Source of the DNA: Octopus sinensis
Lineage: Eukaryota
Direction of reading: 5' to 3'
DNA: 64,000 nt
Assembly: GCF_006345805.1 (NCBI RefSeq)
Contig: NC_042997.1
Location: forward strand, 150,722,001-150,786,000
Under the pieces are notes generated by a model. The model saw only the letters and a list, made by a program, of their open reading frames with translations. It was not told the origin of the DNA and made no database searches. A program made the position numbers and the translations under genes. This document shows positions 1 to 12,269 of the stretch, in pieces. Each line of letters opens with the position of its first letter. Positions within the stretch are counted from its first letter, which is position 1.

Positions 1-314
1 AGAAAGGAAAATATAGGTATTCACAGAATTTGTAGATATTAAAATTTTAAAACTGATCGTTTGTGTGTTCGAAAAGCGTAGATATGTAAGTTTCTTAACT
101 TATCGTGCGGGGAAAATGAAAAACTCACAGGAAATTGTAGATATTCCAGTCTTTTACAGTTATTTTTCCGTTGTTCTCTTGAGTTATATTAGTGTTGATG
201 TGTCTCCAGCTGCTGAAAGATCAGAACAGCGAAGAACACGTCCGGCTGCTATCTAGGCTGGCACTATTATTCCGCTGTCAAGCCTGGCGCTAGTCCAACC
301 TGAATGACAAAACT

Positions 315-1300
315 TTGATTATCGCAATGACTATCTGGGCAATTACAGTGGTCAGATATAGTGTGTCCATCCTCAAAACGACTAAGGAGGAAATCTCAGC
401 TCTGGATAGAAATACGAGAAAGTTGATGACGTTGCATGGGGCGCTACACCTCAAAGAAACGTAAATAGACTGTATATGAAAAGAAAGAATGGTGGCAGAG
501 GACTAATTAGTATACAACATTGTATAAGGAGTGGAATGAAAACTCTTGCCGATTATTTGAGAAATAGTGATCAAGACCAGCAGCAATATGCCGCGAAAGA
601 TATGGGTGTAAATCCAGATAAAATGATGGCGAGGAGGCGTTTTACTAAAGAGCTGAAGGGAAAAGAAGAACTTCTTGAAATGAGAATCGATGGACAGTTT
701 GAAACGAATACACAAGACTTTCAGGATAATACAGCATCGTTGTTATGGCTTGAGCGAGGTGATTTGAAACATGCCATTGAAAGCATGATCATTGGTGCAC
801 AGGACCAGGCTCTCGCTACCCATTCAGTGAAATATAAAAATTTCTGACACCGAGAAATGCAGACTCTGTGGAAAGAGTGCAGAAAATGTGACCCACTTGC
901 ACAAAAAAATACAAGCGCTGCCACGATGAAATGTGAGTGTGTGTGTGTGTGCATCATCATTGGCTCTTATGCCGTAAATATGAAGTATCAGAGAACTGCT
1001 CCGAGCATGTAAGAAGTAAATTTATGCAGGGGATGGAAAAGTAACGATACTTTGGGACTTGATTTTCAGACGCTAGTGCTAGTGAATAACGGTGGTTATA
1101 AATATGAAGCCAATGATAGTGACAGTGTTACACCCGGTAGGCTCGGAGCATCTGCCCGGCTCCAGCTTGTCGCTATCCAGAAAGGGATCACCGTACAAGA
1201 CGTAGATGGAGCGAGCAAATTAATGCTGATGTCATGAAATATTACTACCTGAGCAGCCCAGTAGAAGAAAATGGTGCTCAAATTAGGGGCTACCGACAAC
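315..1300 (+). mobile_element. R4/Dong-type non-LTR retrotransposon, decayed 3' part (RT thumb to RLE)
   Basis: Broken frames give WAITVVRYSVSILK..EEISALDRNTRKLMTLHGALH, RLYMKRKNGGRGLISI, ESMIIGAQDQAL, CRLCGKSAENVTHL and KVTILW, typical of R4/Dong ORFs. Multiple stops and frameshifts. Confidence 0.85.
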
Positions 1301-1369
1301 GTATGTATAATCATCAGTGAGAAAAAAATATTGTTTCAATTCACGGAACAGAGACTATGAGATCACGCT

Positions 1370-2705
1370 AGAGCAATGAGAAAAGAATATTGCTTCACAG
1401 AAGTAGAGCTCCAAGCTATCAAATTACGGGTATTGTAAAGTAGCAGTAGTGATAACAATGAAAATACAGTTCTTACTAATAGGAGTAATCCTAAATCACA
1501 TGAAAGGAGTATTGGTATTTTTTTTTCTTGATGAGAGACATATAGATCATCTAAAAGAACACAATAAAACTAATGGCGACCTGACAGATGAACAAAAAGG
1601 CACTCTCCGACAGCATAAAGGCAAGACTTCAGGAGAAAATAGAGACATTATTTGCAACCTTAAAAAGGTTGTTTGATGGAAATTGAATCAAGTAACGAAA
1701 AATGTCAATGAAATTCTGAAATGCATCACAATACACATAACATCACAGAAACAAATAATTTGATCAAGGCAGCAAGTATTGTGAGTGTTGATGTCAAGAA
1801 AAAGAAACATAATGGTAGTGACAAAAGAAAATATCCATGGAGGAAAAGAAGAAAACAGGCAATGTTAGATATGCTCTCGAACGAAATCCTGTGTTAGACG
1901 AAAATGAGAAAGGGGAGCTTAAAAGCGAACAAAAATACAAGGCGCTGAAAAGGAAGTATAAATTTGAAAGAAAGGGCCTGAAAATATTAATGGAGGAACT
2001 TAAACAGCGCCTCATTGTAAAGAAAGCTAAGATGGTGAGATAAGACCAAAGAATGAACGGTTACCACCAGAATGGGTTATTCAGAGTAGATCAGAAGAGA
2101 TTCTATAAAGAAATAAATGGAGAGTGTACAGATGAAAAGTTGATACCTGATAGCATTGAAAGTGAAAGTTTTTGGTATGACATCTGGAGCAATGACAAGG
2201 AGCACAAGAATGATGCTAAATGGTTGCAAGAACTGAAACAAACAGTAGTCTGTCCAAAACAGGTAGAACCAGTCGTTTCAGTTAGGGAAGTAAAAGAAGT
2301 CAGCAAAATATGAGCAACTGGAAGGCCCCGGGACCAGATGGAGTTCAAGGTTACTGGAAGACAAGTTTTGGGGAATGTCATGCACGAATAGCTGCGCAAC
2401 TCAACACCTTGTTAAATGCCGACCAAGTAACACCAGAGTGGTTGACGTTGGGTAGGACAATGCTGTGCTTCAAAAACATCGAAAAAGGCAATGCGGTAGA
2501 CAATTACAGGAAGATATCCTGTTTGCCACAATTGTGGAAGTTATTGACTGGAATACTACCAGAGTCAATGTACGAATATCTGGAAACAATTGAGTCCTGT
2601 CACATGAGCAGAAGGATTGCAAGCGTAAGTGCAGATGTACCAAGGATCAATTCCTGATAGACAAAACTGTATTTAAAGAGTGCAAAAGGAGGAAATGTAA
2701 CTTAA
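1370..2705 (+). mobile_element. R4/Dong-type LINE, decayed N-terminal region and start of RT
   Basis: ITETNNLIKAAS, LFRVDQKRFY, SNWKAPGPDGVQGYW, TPEWLTLGRTML, DNYRKISCLPQLWKLLT and KDQFLIDKTV match RT domains 0-2. Confidence 0.9.
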
Positions 2706-2769
2706 TGTAACGGCGGAGTAAGATCGAAGCTATTAACAAGAAATTGAAAACGATTCAAACTGAAAATAG

Positions 2770-3725
2770 GTGTCTGTAAGTCATTGGTGTAAAGTGATCC
2801 TTCTTTTTGAAGATGATCTGTGACAACTTCCTTTCTGTTTTCAAAGTAGGATCTTTCTTTACTTTGATGTAGCTACCATCACTTATAAGACTTGACAGTT
2901 TTTCCGAGTAGTCAGACTTGTTCATCACCACAGTAGCTTTTCCCTTGTCTGCTGGAAGTATTATGATGGAATTGTCACTCTGTAGTCTCTTGATAGTTTC
3001 ACTTTTCCTAGTACCCGTCGCAATTTCAACCTAAGTTCATCTCCCTGAACTTTTTGGTCCTGCTTTTTCCTGCCCTTTCCGCTACTCTTCAAGCTTTGTA
3101 TGGTTCCATTGGATTTTGTCTTCGTCTTGTTTGCTGTTTACGCATCGCTTCTGCTGATATACCGTCCAGCTTTCATCACTTGGGGAAGTTTCGAACCTGG
3201 GTTCTCATTTCTAAGGTATTTTTCGATGTTGTTGTTGATGTTGCTATTATTGCTATTTTTATTATTATTATTCAGGTCACGGCTTATATATCTAATATTT
3301 TCCTATCCTTAATACCGGTTCCCATATGCTATTCATATCTGCACTCGGTCTACTTAGGAGGTTGTTGTGTCCTAGCATATGTGCTGCTTCTTTTACCTTT
3401 CGTATTTTCCATTGATGTTCTCTGTCAATTATTTTAACTTTATCCCACAGGGGAGGTGGTCTCCATTTTTCCATACATGATCAGCTATACCCGATTTATC
3501 AACATCTCCCCGTGCAATGATCCTCTACCCTTATTTTGAGGGGACGGCATGTTTCGCCTTTGTATATCCTACCACAGCTGCATAGGAGGGAGTACACGCA
3601 GTTCTTGGTCATATTCTCTTCTACTGGTTGTTTTACTCGAAAGAGATATTTGCGAAGTGTTGTATTAATTTTGAAAACTGTCCTGATGTCATACGGTATG
3701 ATAATCGAAAGAGAATCCAACAAGA
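2770..3725 (-). mobile_element. Penelope-like element: GIY-YIG remnant, pseudo-LTR and RT N-terminal piece (partial tandem)
   Basis: KNCVYSLLCSCGRIYKGETCRPLKIRV..LWDKVKIIDRE..KVKEA (GIY-YIG), then the pLTR, then IIILPADKGKATVVMNKSDYSEK (PLE RT N-terminus). Confidence 0.85.
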
Positions 3726-3729
3726 TCTA

Positions 3730-3930
3730 GAAACGTCGTACATGAAAGAATATGAAGTGGTAAAAATACTCCAGATTAAAAAGTTTATGAAACTCAAATG
3801 TCAGAGAATGGAAACCGAAGTCCGTCACCCACCTGTGAAAGCAGTAATTAGTGTAAGTAGCCGACATCTAGAAGGCTCTGAAGAAGCAGTACTAAGCTAA
3901 GGTCTCAACTTTGCGACAACCACCAAGCGC
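3730..3930 (+). mobile_element. Penelope-like element N-terminal fragment, inverted relative to 2770-3725
   Basis: VISVSSRHLEGSEEAVLS*GLNFA resembles the PLE motif VINLSS..L...E..VLSKGLNFA. Confidence 0.7.
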
Positions 3931-3944
3931 AGGGGGAGGGTGAT

Positions 3945-4110
3945 TGCAGATTAGATCGACCTCAGTACGCAACTGGTATTTAATTTATCGGCTCCAAAAT
4001 GATGAAAGGAAAAGTCGACTTCGGTGGAATTTGAACTCAGAACGGAAAAATAGACGGAAAACAGCTAAGGATTTCGCCCGGCATGCTAACGTGTCTGCCA
4101 GCTCGCCGGC
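3945..4110 (-). mobile_element. tRNA-derived SINE, family A, diverged
   Basis: Reverse complement reads GGCGAGCTGGCAGACACGTTAGCATGCCGGGCGAAAT..TTCTGAGTTCAAATTCCACCGAAGTCGAC; same family as 35666-36068. Confidence 0.8.
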
Positions 4111-4436
4111 TTCTCAAAGCTTCGGAAAACTGGAACCAAATGGTTGATTATGACACAAATATAAAAGAAGACAAATTCAAAAAGAACAACCACGGAATGA
4201 AATACGTGAAACTCCCCATATTCGAAGATACCAATAGTTAAAAAGTAAAGAAGCACTTGCTGAAGAAACGCCCTGGACAATAGTTCTGGAAAAAGTGACA
4301 GCAAAGACATATGTTTATTCTACTTACCCGCTGTCTGCTGGTATGGAGACGATGATGCATGCTGCCGTTTCTCAACTCTAAGGCCCTACCACAACTGCAT
4401 GAGGCAGGGCAAAAACTACTTTCTAAAGGGGCCAAA

Positions 4437-4530
4437 GAAAGGGACACATATACGATAGTACACTCTTGTAGTACACACTAATTTCATCTGCCAGCCCTAT
4501 CCAAAACCAGTCATAAAGTCTGCAGCTGAG

Positions 4531-4561
<31 letters not shown>

Positions 4562-4685
4562 TTTATGTATGGACCAAAAGATCGTACGGCAACTGACCTG
4601 GAGATACTACCACCAACATACAAGGTATTTATAGCCAATGGAAACCATTCGCATCCGCACTGGGAGGAATACGTATATTACAACG
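4437..4685. repeat. Unclassified interspersed repeat (second copy at 11588-11822)
   Basis: Shared text AGGGACA..CGATAGTAC.CTCTTGT..CACACTAATTTCA..AAAAGATCGTACGGCAACTGACCTGGAGA.ACTACCACCAACATACAAGGTAT..CCGCACTGG. Confidence 0.8.
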
Positions 4686-4790
4686 ATGCTCTTGTAAAAC
4701 ATTGTTGCAACTCAATAACTAAAATTCAATACGTATATTACAACGATGCTCTTGTAAAACATTGTTGCAACTCAATAACTAAAATTCAAT
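4668..4790 (+). repeat. Perfect 60-bp tandem duplication
   Basis: AATACGTATATTACAACGATGCTCTTGTAAAACATTGTTGCAACTCAATAACTAAAATTC occurs twice, followed by AAT. Confidence 0.95.
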
Positions 4791-7244
4791 CTCTGAAAGT
4801 TCATAAGGCATCAATAAATGGCATGAGTTCCTATATTCAATTGTACTATAATAAGCGCTTTTTATTATATCTTCATTTCCACTCATCTTTTTTTCTATTC
4901 CGTTTCTTCATTTCTTTGGAGTTTTTCTTTTTTAAATTTTAAAATAAATTTTATACTAGGTAACTCCTACCTGCTAATTACCCACTAATTCTATTAAATT
5001 TTTTTGCACTTGCATCAAAAGCAAAAAAAAAAATGTTATGTCACTAGTGTTTATCATTTATTCATTGCGGAAAGAAGACGTTAAAATTCATGTCGTAATT
5101 GTGGTCACTGATGTTAAATCAGTAATTTTACAGGTTATGCCAGAACATTGCATTTAATAGCAAATTCAAATTTACATGTTTTGATTAGAAAAATCAATAT
5201 TTTTACCTTTTTAATTAATATTTTTTTTCTTTCTCTCATGCGATGAAGTCTTTGTTGATTTCAGATTAATCCAAGATGGCTGAAGTGCGGGGATTTGGTT
5301 AAGAATTTTCTCTTGATCTCTTCACGTCAAGTAACGACGCAAAATTTGACACTAAAACATTTGTATTTCGATTTTTTAGTGCAGAGTTTAGGGGCTTTAT
5401 ATCTTTTAGTCTCTACTAAACATTGTATAAAAACGAAAGAGAAATACGCTTTATTTCATATCAGTAATTTCACCACGAAAGATCCAGTCACGACACTAAA
5501 ATTTAAATAAGTCCATCTATCATGAAAAATTGGTCAAAAGCTATTGCAAACTTTCAGAAAATATTGTAATTTTGCAGTTCCCGCTACTCGTAATCTGATC
5601 AAGATTGGAATTCATTAAGGCTTCTATCATATACATCCGCACGCGAATCAGAATAATTTGCACTTAACCTGATGCAATATTCAGAAAACAATAATTTCCT
5701 ATTTGGTTTGTTAGTTTTTTTGACAAACAAATATAAAAGATACTAATTGACATTAAGAACCTTCTATCTGAAACCATTTCTAATTATTTGCCCACAAGTC
5801 TAATGTGTAATTTTTCCCATTAGCTTTTCTTAGTTTATAAATTATACCTTGTTGTCACGCAATAATACTGGAGAGGGTGCATGTCTTGGGAAACTTGGTT
5901 AGCAGAAAAGTTTGATAGCCAAATTAAAAAATAACGAATTGCCACGTTTTAGTTTTCTTTTTTAACATTTTCTCTTTAATTTAAATTGTGCTGAATTTGA
6001 GTCATACCTCTTCCAGGGCTGGTAAAGTAAAGACCAATTGACATTAGTGTAGCTTTTAAACACAAAGATTCTTCGCTCAGTCAAATAAAATAGGGCAATA
6101 TCTACAGACTTGAGCTTTTAAAATTTGCAACAATAGCTTGCAGTTATTTGGTAAGTTTAATAGATTGTAGTAGAAAATACTAGTTGAGTATTAATATGGA
6201 CCAATTGACAATACTCCAAATGAAATACAATACTATGCATATTCAATTCATTTTTAGCACCTACACAGTATTATAAATGAGTTAATATGAATAGAGACCT
6301 TTTAAACATAACTCTCATTTTAGTCATCAGGAAATGACTTCTGAGAGTTTATCAAACGTTTATTAAATTAGCCATTGAAACTAAGATCATGTACACAGTG
6401 GCCAAAATTCGGACTTGCACCATCTATACTCAGCAACGTTTTAGCAGTTGTATAGGCTGCCTGGCTAATCATTACATTGAGCCCTACAGTATATGTTTAT
6501 TAACATCATGCCACAACATACATAAAAACACAATTGACCCTCTAGATCATGGGGCCTACTGATTAGTTTTCCTACGTCTTGAGGTTGTCTTGTCTGTACT
6601 GAAACATATGCAATTAACCTTAAATTTAGTGATTGTGTGGGATTTGATTTTTTAAAGTAAATATATGATTATAGCAATCATTGTTTTCCCGTCAACACAA
6701 TTATAATTTTCCTTAAGCAATTTCTTTAGGCAACCACAATAAATATGTTCATGCGAAGTAAATAACAAAAAATAATATATTTTAATGCAAAAATTTAAAA
6801 TAAACACAACAGAAGCATACGCTGTACTTCTAAAGAGTTCCATTTGAGCAAAATGTAACTAGAGTTACGTTCTATACATTTCGTATAAAATGAAATACTG
6901 GCCATCAACTAATATTAGTTTTCTTTTGATCTTAGGTATCGATGTTATTTTTCTTTTGCCGTATATCTGATCTTACTGTCGCTTTTTAATGATGTAAGCA
7001 TTAATATGCTTTCACCTCCATAATTGGTAATTATCATGGTGATGCCGGCTCGGTTTAAGATGTGGCATCATTTTCAAAGTTGCAAATGTATTCCTTTCAT
7101 GTATATCATTGGCAGTGCAATAATAAAATGTTTATTCTCTCTCTTTTTCCCTGGTGCTTTCTTTCCTTCTCGTTCTTTTACCAACATGCGCAGAACATCC
7201 CTCTCATTCCACATTCATATACTCACAAATTACATCCGTATGCG

Positions 7245-7510
7245 TGAATATATATAGATATACATATATACATATACATATATATATATATACACATATA
7301 TATATATATATACATATATATGTATGTATGTATCTTTGTGTGTGTATATATATATATACCTATATACATCTATAAACAAATATATATACACACATATATT
7401 ACACAGCACACTAACATATATATATAAGTGCATTTGTGCGTATGCGTGTGTGTATGTGTATGTTTGTGTACTTCTGTATGTGTATGTGTATTTGTGCATG
7501 TGTGAGTGTA
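7245..7510. repeat. Compound (TA)n/(TG)n microsatellite
   Basis: Direct reading. Confidence 0.9.
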
Positions 7511-8024
7511 CTGATGCTCTGTTCTACTATGCTCTTTGAAATATTTGTAGTTAATCTGAAAATAATACAGAGCAAATATATGTGAGCACAGTTGGTGTTC
7601 CAGACGAGACATTTATATACCAATTTCCCTCGTAATGACAACTATTTATATGTCTTACTTTTAAACATTGTTACTAAATATTTTTACATACTAGAACAGT
7701 CTGCGAAATTTGCAATATTTCCTTTCCACTATATTAGTACGCCGGGTATAATGACACAGCATATAAATGTATGTAGTACAGTATGTTCTGCCTCAGAAGA
7801 TATAGAAAATTAAATCAAATCATAAAGTGTATCACACAAACCTTATTCTAATGACTGCTTTACAAAACACTTTCCCAATTGAATATAACAAATAACTTGC
7901 ACAAAGAGGTTTACGTCTACGAATGTTTCACGTTATCTGACTATCAGACGAAGAGTTCGAAGTTGTTGCTGTGTATCTCATTACCTTGGATGTAACGTAA
8001 TTTTTCATATTTTAAATTGTCTGA

Positions 8025-8029
<5 letters not shown>

Positions 8030-8087
<58 letters not shown>

Positions 8088-8160
8088 CACTCACTTTATC
8101 TCTATCTCTCACCCTCCATGTATATATATATATATATACGTGTGTGTGTGTGTGTGACTG
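8030..8160. repeat. (CT)n, (TA)n, (TG)n compound microsatellite
   Basis: Direct reading. Confidence 0.9.
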
Positions 8161-8164
8161 GGCG

Positions 8165-8353
8165 TATAGTCAGTCACAGAGGGTGGTACTTAGCAGCAGC
8201 GTTGCCAGTATTAAGAATCACAAATACCTTATCCACGTGAGCGCACTTATCTAACGTTAGAAAAGTGCTCTCACGTGGCTAAAAGTTGTTTTGACTGAAT
8301 TCTACCAATGCTGGTGTAGACTAGCACCCTCCATCTCTTTAGTGACGACTATA
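8165..8353. mobile_element. Fold-back element with nested inverted repeats (MITE-like)
   Basis: Outer arms TATAGTC.GTCAC..GAGGGTG / CACCCTC..GTGACGACTATA. Inner hairpin at 8233-8278. Confidence 0.55.
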
Positions 8354-8619
8354 CCTTATGCCTTCCATCAGTAAATTGTGACTCGCCACCTTAATAATTT
8401 ATTTATATATATATAGAGTAGGGCAACCAGATCGAACTGTCTCAAGTGTAACTGCCCGAAACAGAAAAGGACTTCTGGTAACTTGACTGGGGAAAGAAGG
8501 TCACGAATGTTTTGCCTGTCCATCTAATTGTGGTTTTTCCTCTCCGCCTTTGTATCGTTTATCTGTCCAAATGTTTTATTGCCCTCTATTGCGTTTTTGT
8601 TCCATTTTATAAACCCACA

Positions 8620-8648
8620 CGCATACACATACACACACACACATATAT

Positions 8649-8715
<67 letters not shown>

Positions 8716-8741
8716 CATACATACATACATACATACATACA

Positions 8742-8777
<36 letters not shown>

Positions 8778-8780
8778 GAG
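8620..8780. repeat. (CA)n/(TA)n/(TACA)n microsatellite
   Basis: Direct reading. Confidence 0.9.
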
Positions 8781-8809
8781 AGTCCAGGTGTGTTCTGTTA
8801 AGGGCATTA

Positions 8810-9930
8810 ATACAAATAGAATACTTCACCCATAGAATTCCTAAATAGCCTGTAGAATTCATATGGTTGGCTACCAATTCTAGTCTTAGGTATAAAGAGA
8901 GAATCAAGTTTTCAAATAAGAAAATATCAAATAACGATAACTCAAACACAAATAAGATAGAATAGACAATTAATTCGAATGACATCAACAAACGAATAAC
9001 AAGGAGAAAGGGAAAACCTGAGGAACACAGGAAAAATTGGAGGAAAATGAATATAACCCGAAAGGAAACAGTTACACATAATCACTACACACAAACAAAT
9101 ATGGAAGAAACCAAACAAAACGTACAAATTGTCTGACGTCCTCTGGTATAATCCAATTTTTGGACTCCAAATATCGTCCGAGATTAGTAAGCAATTAATT
9201 GCAGCATTACATAGATGCTTTCCTAAAATACAAAAATACTACCGTTTATTCAACAACCACGCAGTGAAAATATCGTATGTAACATTTTACAGCATGGAAT
9301 GCTACATACACAAATGCAACAAGCAGAAATTGAACACAGAACAACGTCTGCTGGTAGAGAACAAACAAATCAAACTACTCAGAATTTAACAAAAATAACC
9401 AAAATAATCAACAGATAGACTGCAAAATCTCAGATAGCGTAAAAGACAGTGACAATATAGTTGAAATATATCATCTAAAAAGATTGAACAAAACGGATTA
9501 CCGAATAAACAAAGCCTCTGATACGAGAAATGAAACGGAACATCATGCAAAGAGAATCAAAAACCCGCCAGATAAAAGTAAGAATAATAAGAATACGATT
9601 AACAGCACAGGCCGTAGAATATCCGCATGTCCGCCCCTGAAACCAATGTGCTAAAAAAATCATAGTATATAAATGCATAATCTATACATCTCAACATAAT
9701 TACGCGTACATATGTGCCACAGAAAACCAATTCAAAGTCTGTTATCGAAGCCACATCTCGTCATTCCGAAAAATAAATAGAAGGCACACTACCTCACTTG
9801 CAGACCTCATATGGGGACTGAAAGAATGAAAAATTAAATACCAAATAGAATGTTCAAAAATAAAATAAAATTTAAAAAACGCACATCCATGTACTTCACT
9901 ATGCGGCAAACGTGACATTTACCTTCAGGA
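8810..9930 (+). mobile_element. Penelope-like element of a second (Neptune-like) lineage, decayed 3' half
   Basis: VLWYNPIFG..ISKQLIAALHRCFPK..YYRLFNNHAVKISY resembles the PLE linker IIWFNPPYS..IGKKFL..IDKHFP..IFNRNTVKISYSC. YICATENQFKVCYRSHISSF..TSLADLIWGLKE resembles GIY-YIG. Confidence 0.7.
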
Positions 9931-10524
9931 AGTACTGAGTATTCTACTGAGTAATAGAAATCTAGCGAATGATCATGATGAGAAAATTCCATGATGTAAC
10001 CACCATGTCAAATATGCCTTTTCCAGATGGAAAAGTGTACAAATTTAATTATTACTAGTATTCTAACTCGCTAAACCCATTTTTTACCGCCTTCACGTAT
10101 GTATAGGAATGTGAATTTATGATGGAGCGTTCTGCGATATAACTATGTAGATATAACTATGTACATGGAAATGACTAGATAAATGTATAAATGTCTATGT
10201 ATAGATTTGAATATGTTTATTGATAGGTGTGTATATGTATGCGTGTACGCGAGTATATGTCTACGTGTGTGCATCTGAATATATGTACATTTATTTTATA
10301 TATATATGTATATATGTGTGTACGTGTCTGCATGTGAGTGTATGTGTGTGTATGTGTGTGTATGTGTGCAAATGCTCTTGTTATACAGGGAAATTATTAT
10401 ATAATTTAATATAAACTTAACTTTAAATCCTGTATATACGAGGATCTGTATGTATCGAAACATTTGTAGCTATTAAAAAGCTGCCTAACCGTACTTTTCC
10501 TTTTGAATCTTTCACTTTTTACTT

Positions 10525-10614
<90 letters not shown>

Positions 10615-10625
10615 TGTGTGTGTAT
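10525..10625. repeat. (TA)n(TG)n microsatellite
   Basis: Direct reading. Confidence 0.95.
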
Positions 10626-10939
10626 AGATAGATAACTGCAACTTTTTATGCATGTATGCATGTATGTATGTGTGTATTTATGTAGGTAAGCAGATGTGAT
10701 TTTATGTACGTAGATTTTCTTCTATATGTATAGCGGGAATTTTGCAGGATGCCGTTTTTAGTCTTCAGTTTTGCTTCCTAAGCAGAATTGCATATAATTA
10801 CTCTTTTCAACTTGAATGATTTCTGCCGGGCATCTTTAATTTTTAATATCATAACAACAAAGATATCTCAAGGAACACATGTTTTTTTATGATTATAAGT
10901 TTATTTGCCTTCGAACCAGCTTTTAATTGACGCTGCCGA

Positions 10940-11555
10940 AAATACAACATCCCTACCGATTGTCTCAAAATACCATTTTAAATTTGGAGGCCGCTTCAGA
11001 TGAATAGATGTACTGATCAACCTCGAGCAGCCCAGCAATATGCTTCTCCTGGATGACGTCACAATCTTCCGAATGTTAAATAGCCTGAATACTACGTTCC
11101 CTCTGGGACATCACCGCATGAAACAAAGGCAAGCATTACTGGAAGTTTCTTATATGATTTTGATGGAACAACTGATACTCCTCTGATCCAAGGGAAACAA
11201 CACCATGTATCTCTGCTTCACAAGTAATATGAACGTTATCCATAAAGTGAAGGTAACGCCAATAAATTTGAGAACTAACAATGTATGGTCCTAGTCGAAT
11301 TATTGGCAGTTATACTATAAGAAGGACGCAAGCAGTTTCCATCTTGAATCTCAATAATGCAAACTGGGAATTTATTTGCAGAGTGATCCACAAATAACAC
11401 TGTCCCCGCATTTTGGCTATGCAACAGAACGACTACACTTTGCAAAGGCATCACACCTGCTTTGTTGGCAGCTAAAGTGTGGTGAAGAGTGTCATTTATG
11501 AAAGAACAATCCTGGAAATTGAACACAGAATCAAGTCTGCCCATAAAATAGAAAG
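10940..11555 (+). mobile_element. CR1-type LINE, AP-endonuclease remnant
   Basis: LLLDD..QALL..MEQLILL*SKGNNTMYLCF resembles ILLGDFN..Q..PTRGNNTLDLCF. LNLNNANWE resembles the N(F/L).KANW motif. Confidence 0.6.
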
Positions 11556-11587
11556 AGAGCGAGAGAGAGTGAGGGGAGAGGGAGACG

Positions 11588-12085
11588 GAGAGAGAGGGAC
11601 ATGAAAACGATAGTACGCTCTTGTCGTGCACACTAATTTCAACTGCCAGCTCTATCCAAATCAAGTCATAAAGGCTGCAGATGAGCAACAATATATTTTT
11701 TTTATGTATAGCACAAAAGATCGTACGGCAACTGACCTGGAGACACTACCACCAACATACAAGGTATCCATAACCAATGGAATCCATTCGGATCCGCACT
11801 GGAGGAATACGAATATTACAACACTTCGCAAATATCTCTTCCCAGTAGAAGAGAATCTGACCAAGAACTACGTGTACACAATCCGATGCAGCTGTGGTAG
11901 GATAAACAAAGGCGAAACATGCCGCCCCATCAAAATAAGGGTAAAGGAACATCGCAAAGCTGTAACACGGGCAGATGTTGATAAATCGTGTATGGCTGAT
12001 CATGTATGGAAAAATGGAGACCATGTACTCCTGTGGGATAAAGTTAAAATGATAGACAGGAAACCCCAATGGAAAATACGACCAT
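11588..12085 (+). mobile_element. Chimera of the unclassified repeat and a PLE GIY-YIG fragment, inserted in the CR1
   Basis: TTLRKYLFPVEENLTKNYVYTIRCSCGRINKGETCRPIKIRVKEHRKAV..MADHVWKNGDHVLLWDKVKMID. Confidence 0.8.
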
Positions 12086-12103
12086 GAGAAGGAGAAGGAG
12101 AGG

Positions 12104-12135
<32 letters not shown>

Positions 12136-12269
12136 GCAGACCTGTGAAAAACAAATTTGCAAAGAAAGTTGCCACGTTACAGTACAGAACAGGAACATTG
12201 TTTCGAAGGAATGGCTCGCTGAACCCGCTCCCAAAAAGGAAAAGAGATAAGTGAAGTGAACAATTCAAA

